Positions 9,033 through 16,963 of a stretch of 54,311 nt of DNA are shown here, one piece after another. The stretch's first letter is position 1. Each line of letters begins with the position of its first letter. Origin of the DNA: Planctomycetales bacterium (GTDB taxonomy: Bacteria > Planctomycetota > Planctomycetia > Isosphaerales > Isosphaeraceae); contig JANOBY010000027.1 of assembly GCA_031411935.1 (NCBI GenBank), forward strand, positions 1 through 54,311, in the 5' to 3' direction. The position numbers and the translations under genes were made by a program. The notes beneath the pieces are model-generated. The model saw only the letters and a list, made by a program, of their open reading frames with translations, did not search any database and was not told the DNA's origin.

Positions 9033-9815
9033 GTGAACGCCCAGGACGCCTCGCCCCTTCGGCTCGATCGCCTGTACCGGATCGCGGCCTCGCTGCTGAC
9101 GGCCGCGGGCGTGAAGCCCGAACGGGCCTCGGCCCTCGCCTGGCATCGCCTCTGGTTCGACGCCGCCGGACTGCCCGACCATGGGCTGGCGCTCGTCCCC
9201 CTCCTTCTGGACCAGATCGCTCGCGGCGAGGTCGATCCCCGGGCCGAGGGCAAGGTCCTCCACGAACGCGGGGCCACCGCCGTGTTCGACGGCAAGAACG
9301 GCCCCTCCACACTCGCGCTCGCCCGAGCCGCCGAGATCGCCGTCGAGAAGGCCAGGGAGTTCGGCACCGGGCTCGTGCATGTCCGCGGCATTGCCCCGAC
9401 GACCTCGGCCGCCCCGGTGGTCTCGGATATCGCCATCGGCCCGATGGTGGGCACGGCGGTTGGACCCGAAGGCGCCTGGACGGTGGCCATCCCCGCGTCG
9501 ATGACGCAACCCCTCCTTCATGACGCCCTCTTCGGAGAGGCAAAGGCCGGCCCGACCTTCGCCCCCTGGTCCCCGTTCACCCTCGACGGCGAGTGGGCGG
9601 TCCAGGCCACCTCGGTGAAGGCCATCGAGCCCCTGGAAAGCCTGCACGCGAGGGTCGCTCGGTGCCTCGCCGCGAGTGGCGACGGCCGTTTCTCGCACGA
9701 GAAGCTCGAATCCGGCCGGCGTGCGGCCCATGAGCAGGGGCTCACGATCGAGCCCACCCTGATCGACCTCCTGCGCGGTCATTCCGAGCGGCTCGGCGTC
9801 CCGATCGCCTTCTGA
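9033..9815 (+). CDS. divergent Ldh_2 (malate/L-lactate dehydrogenase type 2)-like protein
   Basis: This is track ORF 8985..9815. I prefer the GTG start at 9033, but the start is uncertain. The N-terminal half resembles Ldh_2 (LPDHGLALVPLLLDQIARGEVD...VFDGKNGPSTLA). The second half is short and lacks the usual NS.H.G / GTNP blocks. Confidence 0.45.
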   Translation: MNAQDASPLRLDRLYRIAASLLTAAGVKPERASALAWHRLWFDAAGLPDHGLALVPLLLDQIARGEVDPRAEGKVLHERGATAVFDGKNGPSTLALARAAEIAVEKAREFGTGLVHVRGIAPTTSAAPVVSDIAIGPMVGTAVGPEGAWTVAIPASMTQPLLHDALFGEAKAGPTFAPWSPFTLDGEWAVQATSVKAIEPLESLHARVARCLAASGDGRFSHEKLESGRRAAHEQGLTIEPTLIDLLRGHSERLGVPIAF

Positions 9816-9845
9816 CCCTCTCCATCGAGATCCCCGGAGCCCTGA

Positions 9846-10628
9846 ATGGTCCTGCCCCTGGGCGATTCCCACCGAACGCGGATCCTGCCGATCGCCACCT
9901 ACATGCTGATCGCCCTGAACGTGATGGCCTACTTCCTCCAGCTCGACCGGGGCGAAGCGTTCACCACGCGATACGCGGCAACGCCCTATGAGATTTCGCA
10001 TAACGAGGACATCCCGGCGCCCTTCGTCCTCCAGGTGGATCGGGCGGACGCCCTCCAGGGCCCCGACGATCCTGCGCGTGATCGCGAGCACGTGGTGCCC
10101 CAGGGCCCGGTCCCGTTCCCCGTGTGGTTCACGCTGATCACGGCCATGTTCCTCCACGGGAGCCCCATGCACCTGGCGGGCAACATGCTCTATCTCTGGA
10201 TCTTCGGCGACAATTGCGAGGAGGTGCTGGGCTCGATCCGCTACGTGGTCGTCTATCTCTGCTGCGGGTTGATCGCGAGCCTCGCCCAGGTCGCGGCGGC
10301 GCCCGAGTCCCTGATCCCGACCCTGGGCGCCTCGGGGGCGATCGCGGGGGTCATGGGGATGTACCTGGTCTGGTTCCCCTACAACCAGGTGCGCGTCCTG
10401 GTGTTCCGGGTGATCCTGCACGTCCCCGCGGTCATCGTGATCGGGCTCTGGATCGCGCTGCAAATGGCCCAGGGCGTGGGCTCATTGGGCCAGCTCGGGG
10501 TCTCGGGCGGGGTCGCCTACCTGGCCCACGTGGGCGGAGCGGTCGCCGGAGTGATCTCGGGATATCTTTTCCGAGGCGACGCAAGGGCCCTCGGCGGACC
10601 CACGATCTTCGATCGCGTTCGAGGTTAA
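9846..10628 (+). CDS. rhomboid family intramembrane serine protease
   Basis: Motifs are WFTLITAMFLHGSPMHLAGNMLYLWIFG, the catalytic GASGAIAGVMG, and the downstream YLAHVGGAVAG His. Confidence 0.85.
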   Translation: MVLPLGDSHRTRILPIATYMLIALNVMAYFLQLDRGEAFTTRYAATPYEISHNEDIPAPFVLQVDRADALQGPDDPARDREHVVPQGPVPFPVWFTLITAMFLHGSPMHLAGNMLYLWIFGDNCEEVLGSIRYVVVYLCCGLIASLAQVAAAPESLIPTLGASGAIAGVMGMYLVWFPYNQVRVLVFRVILHVPAVIVIGLWIALQMAQGVGSLGQLGVSGGVAYLAHVGGAVAGVISGYLFRGDARALGGPTIFDRVRG

Positions 10629-10713
10629 CTCATCGCGGCTCTGCGTGGGGAGGAAAGGTCGAGAGAACCGGGTTCGTCCCTGCGAATCCCGCATAGGTCG
10701 ACCGCCTTGAGCT

Positions 10714-11385
10714 TCAGGCCGGCCGCTCGACCCGGAGTTGGAGTTGCCTGCCGACAAACGTCCCCGGCTTGGCGCTGGTCTTCACGGGGATCGTGATCGG
10801 TTTCAGGCGCAGGCAGGCCCGGCGATGCTGGAGGACCCCGCCGATGACCATGAGCGAGGCCCACCACGAGATGCCGTGGATCAGGTACGCGAAGTTCAGG
10901 AAAGTCGCCATGATCACCCCCGTGAAGTACATCTGGACCGCGGCCGCGAAAAACCAGTTGCTCACCAGGTAAGCCATCATCATGAAGCCGAACGAGGCGA
11001 TCGTGCAGAGCACCGGCTTGAACCACTCGTGATCCAGCCCCATGAGGCTGTTCAGCGAGGCCAGGTTGAAGCTCAGGATCAGCACCGTGCCCCAGACCCT
11101 CGCGATCACCCCGGCCAGAGGGGACGACCCCGCCCAGCCCGGTCCCGCGACCCACCGGATCACGAGAAGGACCGTGCCGAACTCGACACCCCATAACGTC
11201 ACATACTGCCAGTTGTGACGATTGCCCGAGAGGTGCATGGTCTGGAGGCCGGCGAAGAAGAGCAGGTGCACCCAGCCGACACCCATCAGGGCCAACCCCC
11301 ACCGGTCCCGCGCCGCGACCAGGTCGAGGTCGTGCACCCAGGCGGAGCGGGCCTCGGCAAATGTGGGGAGCGAAGGCGTGGTCAA
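10714..11385 (-). CDS. polytopic membrane protein, unknown family
   Basis: The 223-aa ORF has about 6 hydrophobic helices and W/F-rich, coding-like composition. Confidence 0.6.
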   Translation of the reverse strand: MTTPSLPTFAEARSAWVHDLDLVAARDRWGLALMGVGWVHLLFFAGLQTMHLSGNRHNWQYVTLWGVEFGTVLLVIRWVAGPGWAGSSPLAGVIARVWGTVLILSFNLASLNSLMGLDHEWFKPVLCTIASFGFMMMAYLVSNWFFAAAVQMYFTGVIMATFLNFAYLIHGISWWASLMVIGGVLQHRRACLRLKPITIPVKTSAKPGTFVGRQLQLRVERPA

Positions 11386-11580
11386 CGGAGGGAATCCCCA
11401 TTTCGGCGGATCGCGAATCGGGTGAGCCGGGGCTTCGGACTTTCTTCATTATCGGCGATTGGCCCCGCGATCTTCTCCCCCCTCGATCGGCGAGGTCCAA
11501 AACGAAGCGAGACCTCCCCAGCAATGGGCAGGTCTCGATCGGGAAGACTCGGGATCATCGGGAGGGATCAGGTGGGTTCA

Positions 11581-11602
11581 GCCCCCTCAACAGCAAGGGG
11601 GC
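11581..11602 (-). terminator. hairpin just downstream of the stop at 11616 (no U-tract)
   Basis: GCCCCCT (11581..11587), an 8-nt loop, then AGGGGGC (11596..11602). Confidence 0.3.
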
Positions 11603-11615
11603 GTTCCGTTCGATC

Positions 11616-12179
11616 TCAGTCGGCCAGGAGCTTGGGGATGTCGGCCACGATGCTTTTGACGTCGGCGTCGGTCAACTTGCCCTTGGCGAAGGCATGGTTG
11701 AACTTCACCTTTCCGCCCTTCCACAGCATGACCGTCACGTCGGCGTCCCGGGCGATCTTGTAATCGGGGGGACCGGCGGGATCTTCAACCAGGGTCAGCG
11801 GAACGTTCTTCACGTCGCCCTTCCTGGCCAGGTCTTTCAACGCCTCGGAGGTTTTCGCGGAATCGCCCGTGAGGACGACCACGAAGCTCTTGAGGCTCTT
11901 GTCCTTGGCGATCTCGGCATCGACCTGCTTGACCAAACTGGTCAAGGTTCCCGAGGTCTCGCGTGCGAACACGCAGACCACCGGGCTCGATCCGTATCGT
12001 CAGCGATAGCAGAGCGTCTGGCCGGCGCTCGGGCCGGTCACGTCCAGAACGTCGAAGGGGACGACGAAGTCGCCCACCGGGACGCCGGACTCGGGGCCAT
12101 CCCCTGCGAACACTGCGGTCCCCACCAGTACGGCGGAAACCACCATCGCGGGGAGAGCCAGGGCTGCAAACTTGCGCAC
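11616..12179 (-). CDS. secreted thioredoxin-fold protein with an in-frame UGA (candidate selenocysteine, CxxU motif); alternatively a nonsense pseudogene
   Basis: Track ORF 11616..11981 (VVCVFARETSG...) continues upstream in the same frame through a TGA at 12002..12000 to a GTG at 12179..12177. That GTG is preceded by AGAGGAGAAACCGA. The upstream 59 codons are VRKFAALALPAMVVSAVLVGTAVFAGDGPESGVPVGDFVVPFDVLDVTGPSAGQTLCYR-[TGA]-RYGSSPVVCVFARE, giving a signal peptide followed by C-Y-R-U. Confidence 0.6.
11950..11985 (-). promoter_or_regulatory. SECIS-like hairpin 15 to 50 nt 3' of the in-frame UGA
   Basis: In mRNA sense the structure is CCCG-GU-GGUCU-GCGUG-(UUCG)-CACGC-G-AGACC-U-CGGG. This gives 14 bp in three helices with a small apical loop. 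Confidence 0.45.
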
Positions 12180-12406
12180 TCGGTTTCTCCTCTCTTCGGT
12201 TTCCCGATGCCCAGTCTTCCTCCTCTATCATGCCCTGGATCGCACCAGAAACCCAGAGCGTCTGGACGAATTCCGACCAGCGGCGCGGCCGGCGGAGATC
12301 TGAGGCCGGGGAAGGTTGCGATACTATGGGAGTGGGTCATGGGATTCTTGGAACCCTCCCGCGAATCGAGAATGGGGAGCGTTTGGAAACGAGGGACCCT
12401 GTTTCT

Positions 12407-12600
12407 CGCAAAAACATGAATTTGCATAACGAACCCAATTTCACCGCCAACGTATCTCCAGAGGCTTTGTCGCAAACTTATTTAGAATCGAGACTTAAGA
12501 TATCTTCAGGGGCATTTACCGGGTAAGGAGAATCGTCCGGCAGAGGCAAAACGAACCCAAAACGAACCCAAAACGAAGCCATTTTCGACCCAATTTCCGA
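12407..12600 (+). repeat. copy A of a roughly 190-nt intergenic repeat element (second copy at 53892..54076)
   Basis: Three blocks are shared with copy B. Block 1 is CGCAAAAACRTGAATTTGCAKAACGAACCCAAT. Block 2 is GAGACTTA..ATATC. Block 3 is three tandem 11-mers, AAAACGAACCC AAAACGAACCC AAAACGAAGCC (12548..12580), followed by CCAWTTT. Confidence 0.8.
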
Positions 12601-12782
12601 AGTTGAATCGCCTAAACCTTCCCCGCTCCTGGAGCCCATCCGCCGAGAATGGGTTACCCGGCGTCGAATCCATGTTGGTATATCTCGACCGCGTGATCGA
12701 CGACCGGCACAGGCAATCCAGGGTCTACGATTCCAAGGAAGGCCCGATCCGGGCGAATTCCTGAACAGAGGGGGCCGATCGC

Positions 12783-13556
12783 TTGCTCAGAGCGCTGGAA
12801 GACCTGGGGCGGTTTCTGAACTTCGCCTTGAAGACGGCGATGGCGATCCCTCGCGCGTTGATCTCTCGCCCCCTGGCCTGGGTCTCGCAGTTCGAGCGGG
12901 TAGCGTGGGGGAGCCTGCCGATTGTGACCGTGGCCGGATTGAGCGTGGGGCTGGTCACCTGGCTCCAGATGCGCCGCTTGCTGGTCGCCTACGGGGTGCA
13001 GGACACCCTTCCGAGCGTGCTCGCGGTGGCGGTCCTGGTCGAGACCGGCCCCATCCTTGCATCCCTGCTCGTGGCGGGTCGCCTGGGCGCGGGGCTGGCC
13101 GCGGAACTGGGCTCGATGACCCTGACCGAGGAGATCGACGCGCGGGAGGTCCTGGGCGCGCCGATCATCCCCACGCTCGTGGCCCCAAGGGCGATCGCCT
13201 GCATGATCGCGGTCCCGTTGCTGACGGTGCTCCTTGACGTGTTCGCCCTGGGCGGGGGGCTGATGGCCGAGCTTGCCGCCGGATCGCTCTCGGCACAAAC
13301 CTATGGAGCACGCTCGCTCGACTTCCTCTGGCTCCGGGACATCGTCCCTTCCACCCTCAAGACGGTCGTGTTCGGAGCTCTGGTCGGGGTCGTGGGCTGC
13401 TGGACGGGGCTGAACGCCGACCGATCGACCGAGGCCGTGGGGCATGCCGCGACCCAGGGCGTGGTCCGATCGATGCTTTCGGTGTTTGCCGCCAACATCG
13501 TGCTCGTCATTCTGATACGATCGATTGTGGATACGATGGGCTGGGGGCCTCCCTGA
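12783..13556 (+). CDS. mlaE: MlaE/YrbE-type ABC transporter permease
   Basis: TTG start. The 257-aa length and the motifs GSLPIVTVAGLSVGLVTWLQ..., ETGPILASLLVAGRLGAGLAAELGSM and EEIDAREVLG are typical of MlaE. Confidence 0.85.
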   Translation: MLRALEDLGRFLNFALKTAMAIPRALISRPLAWVSQFERVAWGSLPIVTVAGLSVGLVTWLQMRRLLVAYGVQDTLPSVLAVAVLVETGPILASLLVAGRLGAGLAAELGSMTLTEEIDAREVLGAPIIPTLVAPRAIACMIAVPLLTVLLDVFALGGGLMAELAAGSLSAQTYGARSLDFLWLRDIVPSTLKTVVFGALVGVVGCWTGLNADRSTEAVGHAATQGVVRSMLSVFAANIVLVILIRSIVDTMGWGPP

Positions 13557-13626
13557 AGGCCACCCGACAGGATCACGCGTCCTGGTTCCGTTGGAGTGGG
13601 TCGGCAGAGAACCCTTCGAGGCCCTC

Positions 13627-14748
13627 ATGGCTCACGAGATCAGCCGAATTCGAGCCCTCATCAATGTCGCGCTCGTGGTTGTGGTGGTCGCGATCGCCGG
13701 CTTCGGCGCATCGCTCGTGGCGAGACGCCACTGGCAATGGCAGAAGACCTTTGCGGCGAGGGTCGAGCTGACCCACATCGCCGGGCTAGAGCTCGGGGGC
13801 AAGGTCCGCGTCCAGGGGATGGACGCCGGCGTGGTCGAGTCGATCATCGCGCCCACCGAGCCCGGACGCCCCGTCACGCTGATCCTGAGGCTCGACGAAA
13901 GGCTTCGCCACCTCGTCCGGGCCGACGCCACGGCCCGCATCGGAGCCCAGGGCGTGATCGGCGCGAAGGTGGTGGAGATCGTGCCGGGAGGTCCGACCGC
14001 CCCCAGGCTCGCCGACGGAGGGGTGCTGAGGGCCGAACCCACCATCGAGATCGCCGATGTCCTCCGGGAGGCGTCCACGGCGCTCAAACGGGTCGACTCG
14101 GTGGCGAAGGCCGCCGAGCAGGGCCTGGGCGAGATCAATGCGATCGCCGCCGACCTCCGCGCAGGGCGAGGTTCTCTGGGCAAGCTCATCAAGGATGACG
14201 AGGCTTACCAGAGGCTCATCGCCATGTCGGGGCGGGGCGAGAAGGTGCTGGGTGACCTGGACGAGAACCTGATCGCCCTCAAGAACACCTGGCCCCTCTC
14301 CCGGTACTTCAGCGGCCGAGGGTTCGATGACCGGGACCGTGTGCTCTTCCAGCCCGGATCCGATCGCGAGAGCCGGACCTTCCGGGGCGAGGATCTGTTC
14401 CAGCCCGGCCGCGCGGTGCTCACGGCGCAGGGCCAGAGGCAGCTCGACGATTTCGCCCGCTGGTTCGGCCGCACGAGGCGCCCGAAGTCCACCGAGATCG
14501 TGATCGCAGCGTTCACGGACGAGCTTCCGCACGACGAGGACCTGGCTCAGGCCCTCACGCAGGAGCAGGCCGAGGCGGTCCGCAACTACCTCACGCGGAG
14601 GCACGCCATCGACTCGTCGGGCTGGTTCAGCTCGCGCAAGATCGCCGCCGTGGGGTTCGGATCGCAGACCCCGCGAGCCGTGGCCGAGACCGCACCCGCC
14701 TCTCCGCCCCGCCGGATTGAGATCATCCTGTTCACCCCGCAGGCCTGA
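13627..14748 (+). CDS. mlaD: MCE/MlaD domain protein fused to a C-terminal OmpA-like domain
   Basis: This is track ORF 13525..14748 with the start moved to ATG 13627. It has a TM anchor (ALINVALVVVVVAIAGF) and an MCE core (GLELGGKVRVQGMDAGVVESI). The C-terminus is OmpA_C-like: FQPGRAVLTAQGQRQLDDFA...IVIAAFTDE...LTQEQAEAVRNYL...VGFGSQTP...RRIEIILF. Confidence 0.75.
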   Translation: MAHEISRIRALINVALVVVVVAIAGFGASLVARRHWQWQKTFAARVELTHIAGLELGGKVRVQGMDAGVVESIIAPTEPGRPVTLILRLDERLRHLVRADATARIGAQGVIGAKVVEIVPGGPTAPRLADGGVLRAEPTIEIADVLREASTALKRVDSVAKAAEQGLGEINAIAADLRAGRGSLGKLIKDDEAYQRLIAMSGRGEKVLGDLDENLIALKNTWPLSRYFSGRGFDDRDRVLFQPGSDRESRTFRGEDLFQPGRAVLTAQGQRQLDDFARWFGRTRRPKSTEIVIAAFTDELPHDEDLAQALTQEQAEAVRNYLTRRHAIDSSGWFSSRKIAAVGFGSQTPRAVAETAPASPPRRIEIILFTPQA

Positions 14749-14812
14749 TCTTGCTCAGCGCAGGGCTCTTCGTCGGCGCTAGCAGGTTATCTCGAAGGGG
14801 ACCGGATCGCAC

Positions 14813-14845
14813 AAAAAAACGGGACGCGGCCCATGCCACGCCCCG
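14813..14845 (-). terminator. intrinsic terminator of the TlpA-like gene
   Basis: In minus-strand sense: CGGGGCGUGG-CAUGGG-CCGCGUCCCG, a 10-bp stem with 2 G-U pairs, followed by UUUUUUU (the A-run at 14813..14819 on the plus strand). Confidence 0.7.
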
Positions 14846-14879
14846 CCTCGAACTCGAGCAGCCTTTGCGACCTCGGCGA

Positions 14880-15956
14880 TTACTCGCCGGCGCCCGGGGT
14901 GGTCTTCGCCTTCTTGAGCAGCTCGGGGATCAGGGTCTCGAGCTTGCCGCGGGCCTCGACGGAGTAGAGGTTGCCGTCGGCATCGACAATGAAGACGGCG
15001 GGGATGGCGTTGATGCCCCAGCCCTTCGAGAACTCGCTGTTCCAGTAGTTGCCCTGGTAGTACTGGGGCCACTGGACCTCGTTCTTGGCGACGTATTCCT
15101 TCAGCGCGTCCAGGCCGCCCTGCTCCTTGGGCTGGTCGAGGCTCACGCCGATGAACTCAACGCCCTTGTCCTTGTACTCGGCGTAGATCCGCTTCATGTT
15201 GGGGATCTCGGCGATGCAGGGGCCGCACCAGGTGGCCCAGAAGTCGATCACGACGACCTTGCCCTTGAGGCCCTTCATGGAGACCTGGGTCTCCTTGATC
15301 GCGTCGGTGAACTCGAGCTCGAAGGGCTTGCCGATGGCCGCCTTCTGCTTGCGGGCGCCGAGGATCATGCTGGCGGTCGAGCTGTCCGGATAGTCCTTGA
15401 GGATCCGGTCTTCGAGGACGCCCTTCTTGGCCTCATCCTCGGTGCTCCTCCAGAGGATGGCGAGCAGGTTCGGGGCGCGACGGTCCTTGGGGGCGAGCTT
15501 GAGGAACTCCTCGACCACGGGCATGGCCGCGGTCGGGTCGGCCTGGTTCTTCATGGCCACGAGCTGCGCCTTGAGGTAAAGCCCCTCGGTCTTCAGCCCG
15601 GTGTCCTTGGTGGTGGCGAGGGCGTGGTCGATCTCGGCCATGGCCTCGGTCATCTTGTCCTGGCGGGCCAGGATCATCCAGCGCTGGGGCAGGAGCTTGA
15701 TCAGCTCCTTGTTCTCGGGATCGGCCTTCTGGAGGGCGGCGATCAGCTCGAGCCGCTTGGCGTTCGCCTTCTCCATCTCGGCCATGTAGGCGTCGATGGC
15801 CTTCTGACGGTCCTCGCCGGGCTTCTGGGCGAAGGCCGGGGCCTTCATCTCCCTGATCTCTTTCAGGATCGCCTCGGCACTCGGATCCTGCGCGAGGACC
15901 GGAGAGACCAGCCCACAGACGAACAGTGCAGTCAGTAATCGGCCCGCGACTCGCAT
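14880..15956 (-). CDS. secreted TlpA-like thiol:disulfide oxidoreductase with an N-terminal helical domain
   Basis: This is track ORF 14880..16913 with the start moved to ATG 15956 (MRVAGRLLTALFVCGLVSPVLAQ, a signal peptide). Motifs are VVVIDFWATWCGPCIAEIP (WCGPC) and GINAIPAVFIVD. Confidence 0.85.
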   Translation of the reverse strand: MRVAGRLLTALFVCGLVSPVLAQDPSAEAILKEIREMKAPAFAQKPGEDRQKAIDAYMAEMEKANAKRLELIAALQKADPENKELIKLLPQRWMILARQDKMTEAMAEIDHALATTKDTGLKTEGLYLKAQLVAMKNQADPTAAMPVVEEFLKLAPKDRRAPNLLAILWRSTEDEAKKGVLEDRILKDYPDSSTASMILGARKQKAAIGKPFELEFTDAIKETQVSMKGLKGKVVVIDFWATWCGPCIAEIPNMKRIYAEYKDKGVEFIGVSLDQPKEQGGLDALKEYVAKNEVQWPQYYQGNYWNSEFSKGWGINAIPAVFIVDADGNLYSVEARGKLETLIPELLKKAKTTPGAGE

Positions 15957-16150
15957 GATGACATACCCCGTTAGTTTGACACGCCGGCACCCGAACCCGT
16001 TTCGTTTCAGAGCTCGCCGGGAGCGACGAGTCTTCACCCCATGAGGGTACGGCACCGCGAGAACCGCGTCAATCAGGGAGTCTTTTCCTGTCACCCCTGT
16101 TGCATTTTTGGATGAGTTCCCGAAGTCCACGGCGAGGCTTCCGGAGTCCG

Positions 16151-16681
16151 TCACGCCACGAGAACGGTCCGTCCGGGACCGGGGTCGTCGCGTCGCTCCC
16201 ACTCGCGCCTCACGCGGGAGAGCCCGAAGGCGCACAGCTCGAACTCGACCGACAGGCGACGCAGGATGGGGGCCTCCTCCCCCTTCAGGGTGCTCGCAAC
16301 ATAATAGGATCGCTTGCCTTGCTCCTGAAAATTGATGAGATGGTCGGGCGACGCCGGGGACTGGAGGCCCGAGAGGGCTTCGGGGTAGACCCCGGTCCAG
16401 AAGAGCGTGAAGTCCCCCACGTGGCTCAGGGCGTTGCGACGCTCCTCCTCGTCGGGGGCGGCCTCGGCCTCGGCGATCATCCGGGTGACTTCCTGGACTC
16501 GCCTGCCGTGCCCGTCCCGGATCGACCAGACCGCGTCGCTGGGCACGAAGCGGGCGAGCAGCCCCGCCACGTAACCGACGAGTTTCGGGTCGCCGATGCC
16601 GAGCTCCGAGAGGAAGGTGGATTCGGTCAGGCCTCGGAAGAGGCGGTGGAGCGGATGGGATTCGGGGATCTCGCGCGTCAT
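16151..16681 (-). CDS. hypothetical cytoplasmic protein (176 aa)
   Basis: ATG start and a balanced composition (MTREIPESHPLHRLFRGLTESTFLSELGIGDPKLVGYVAGLL...). I recognise no family. Confidence 0.55.
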   Translation of the reverse strand: MTREIPESHPLHRLFRGLTESTFLSELGIGDPKLVGYVAGLLARFVPSDAVWSIRDGHGRRVQEVTRMIAEAEAAPDEEERRNALSHVGDFTLFWTGVYPEALSGLQSPASPDHLINFQEQGKRSYYVASTLKGEEAPILRRLSVEFELCAFGLSRVRREWERRDDPGPGRTVLVA

Positions 16682-16963
16682 GACGGGCGTTCCTCACCCA
16701 CGATGGACACGAAATGCGGAAGGGCGAAGGCGTGCCCACGGCGCGATCGCCGTCACCTCCGTCATTAATCTCTACGCCGAATCTCCGCATTGGGCAAGTG
16801 CGGTTCCGTCCCGGGAATGATCCCGCCCCTTGAAGTCGAGCATCGACCGAGACACAATAGAATACGATTAAGACGAGAAGAATATTTCGACCGATCACGG
16901 ATCGCCGAGGCATGACTCCTCAGGCCGGCTTGATCCTGACGCCTCGCGGCGGAGGAAGTTCGT

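Noticed and set aside
11785-12231. 148-aa minus-strand ORF overlapping the region upstream of the 121-aa thioredoxin-like ORF.
   Set aside because: It is in the wrong frame relative to the downstream ORF and is Arg-rich. The frame containing the TGA gives a signal peptide, a CxxU motif and a Shine-Dalgarno-preceded start.
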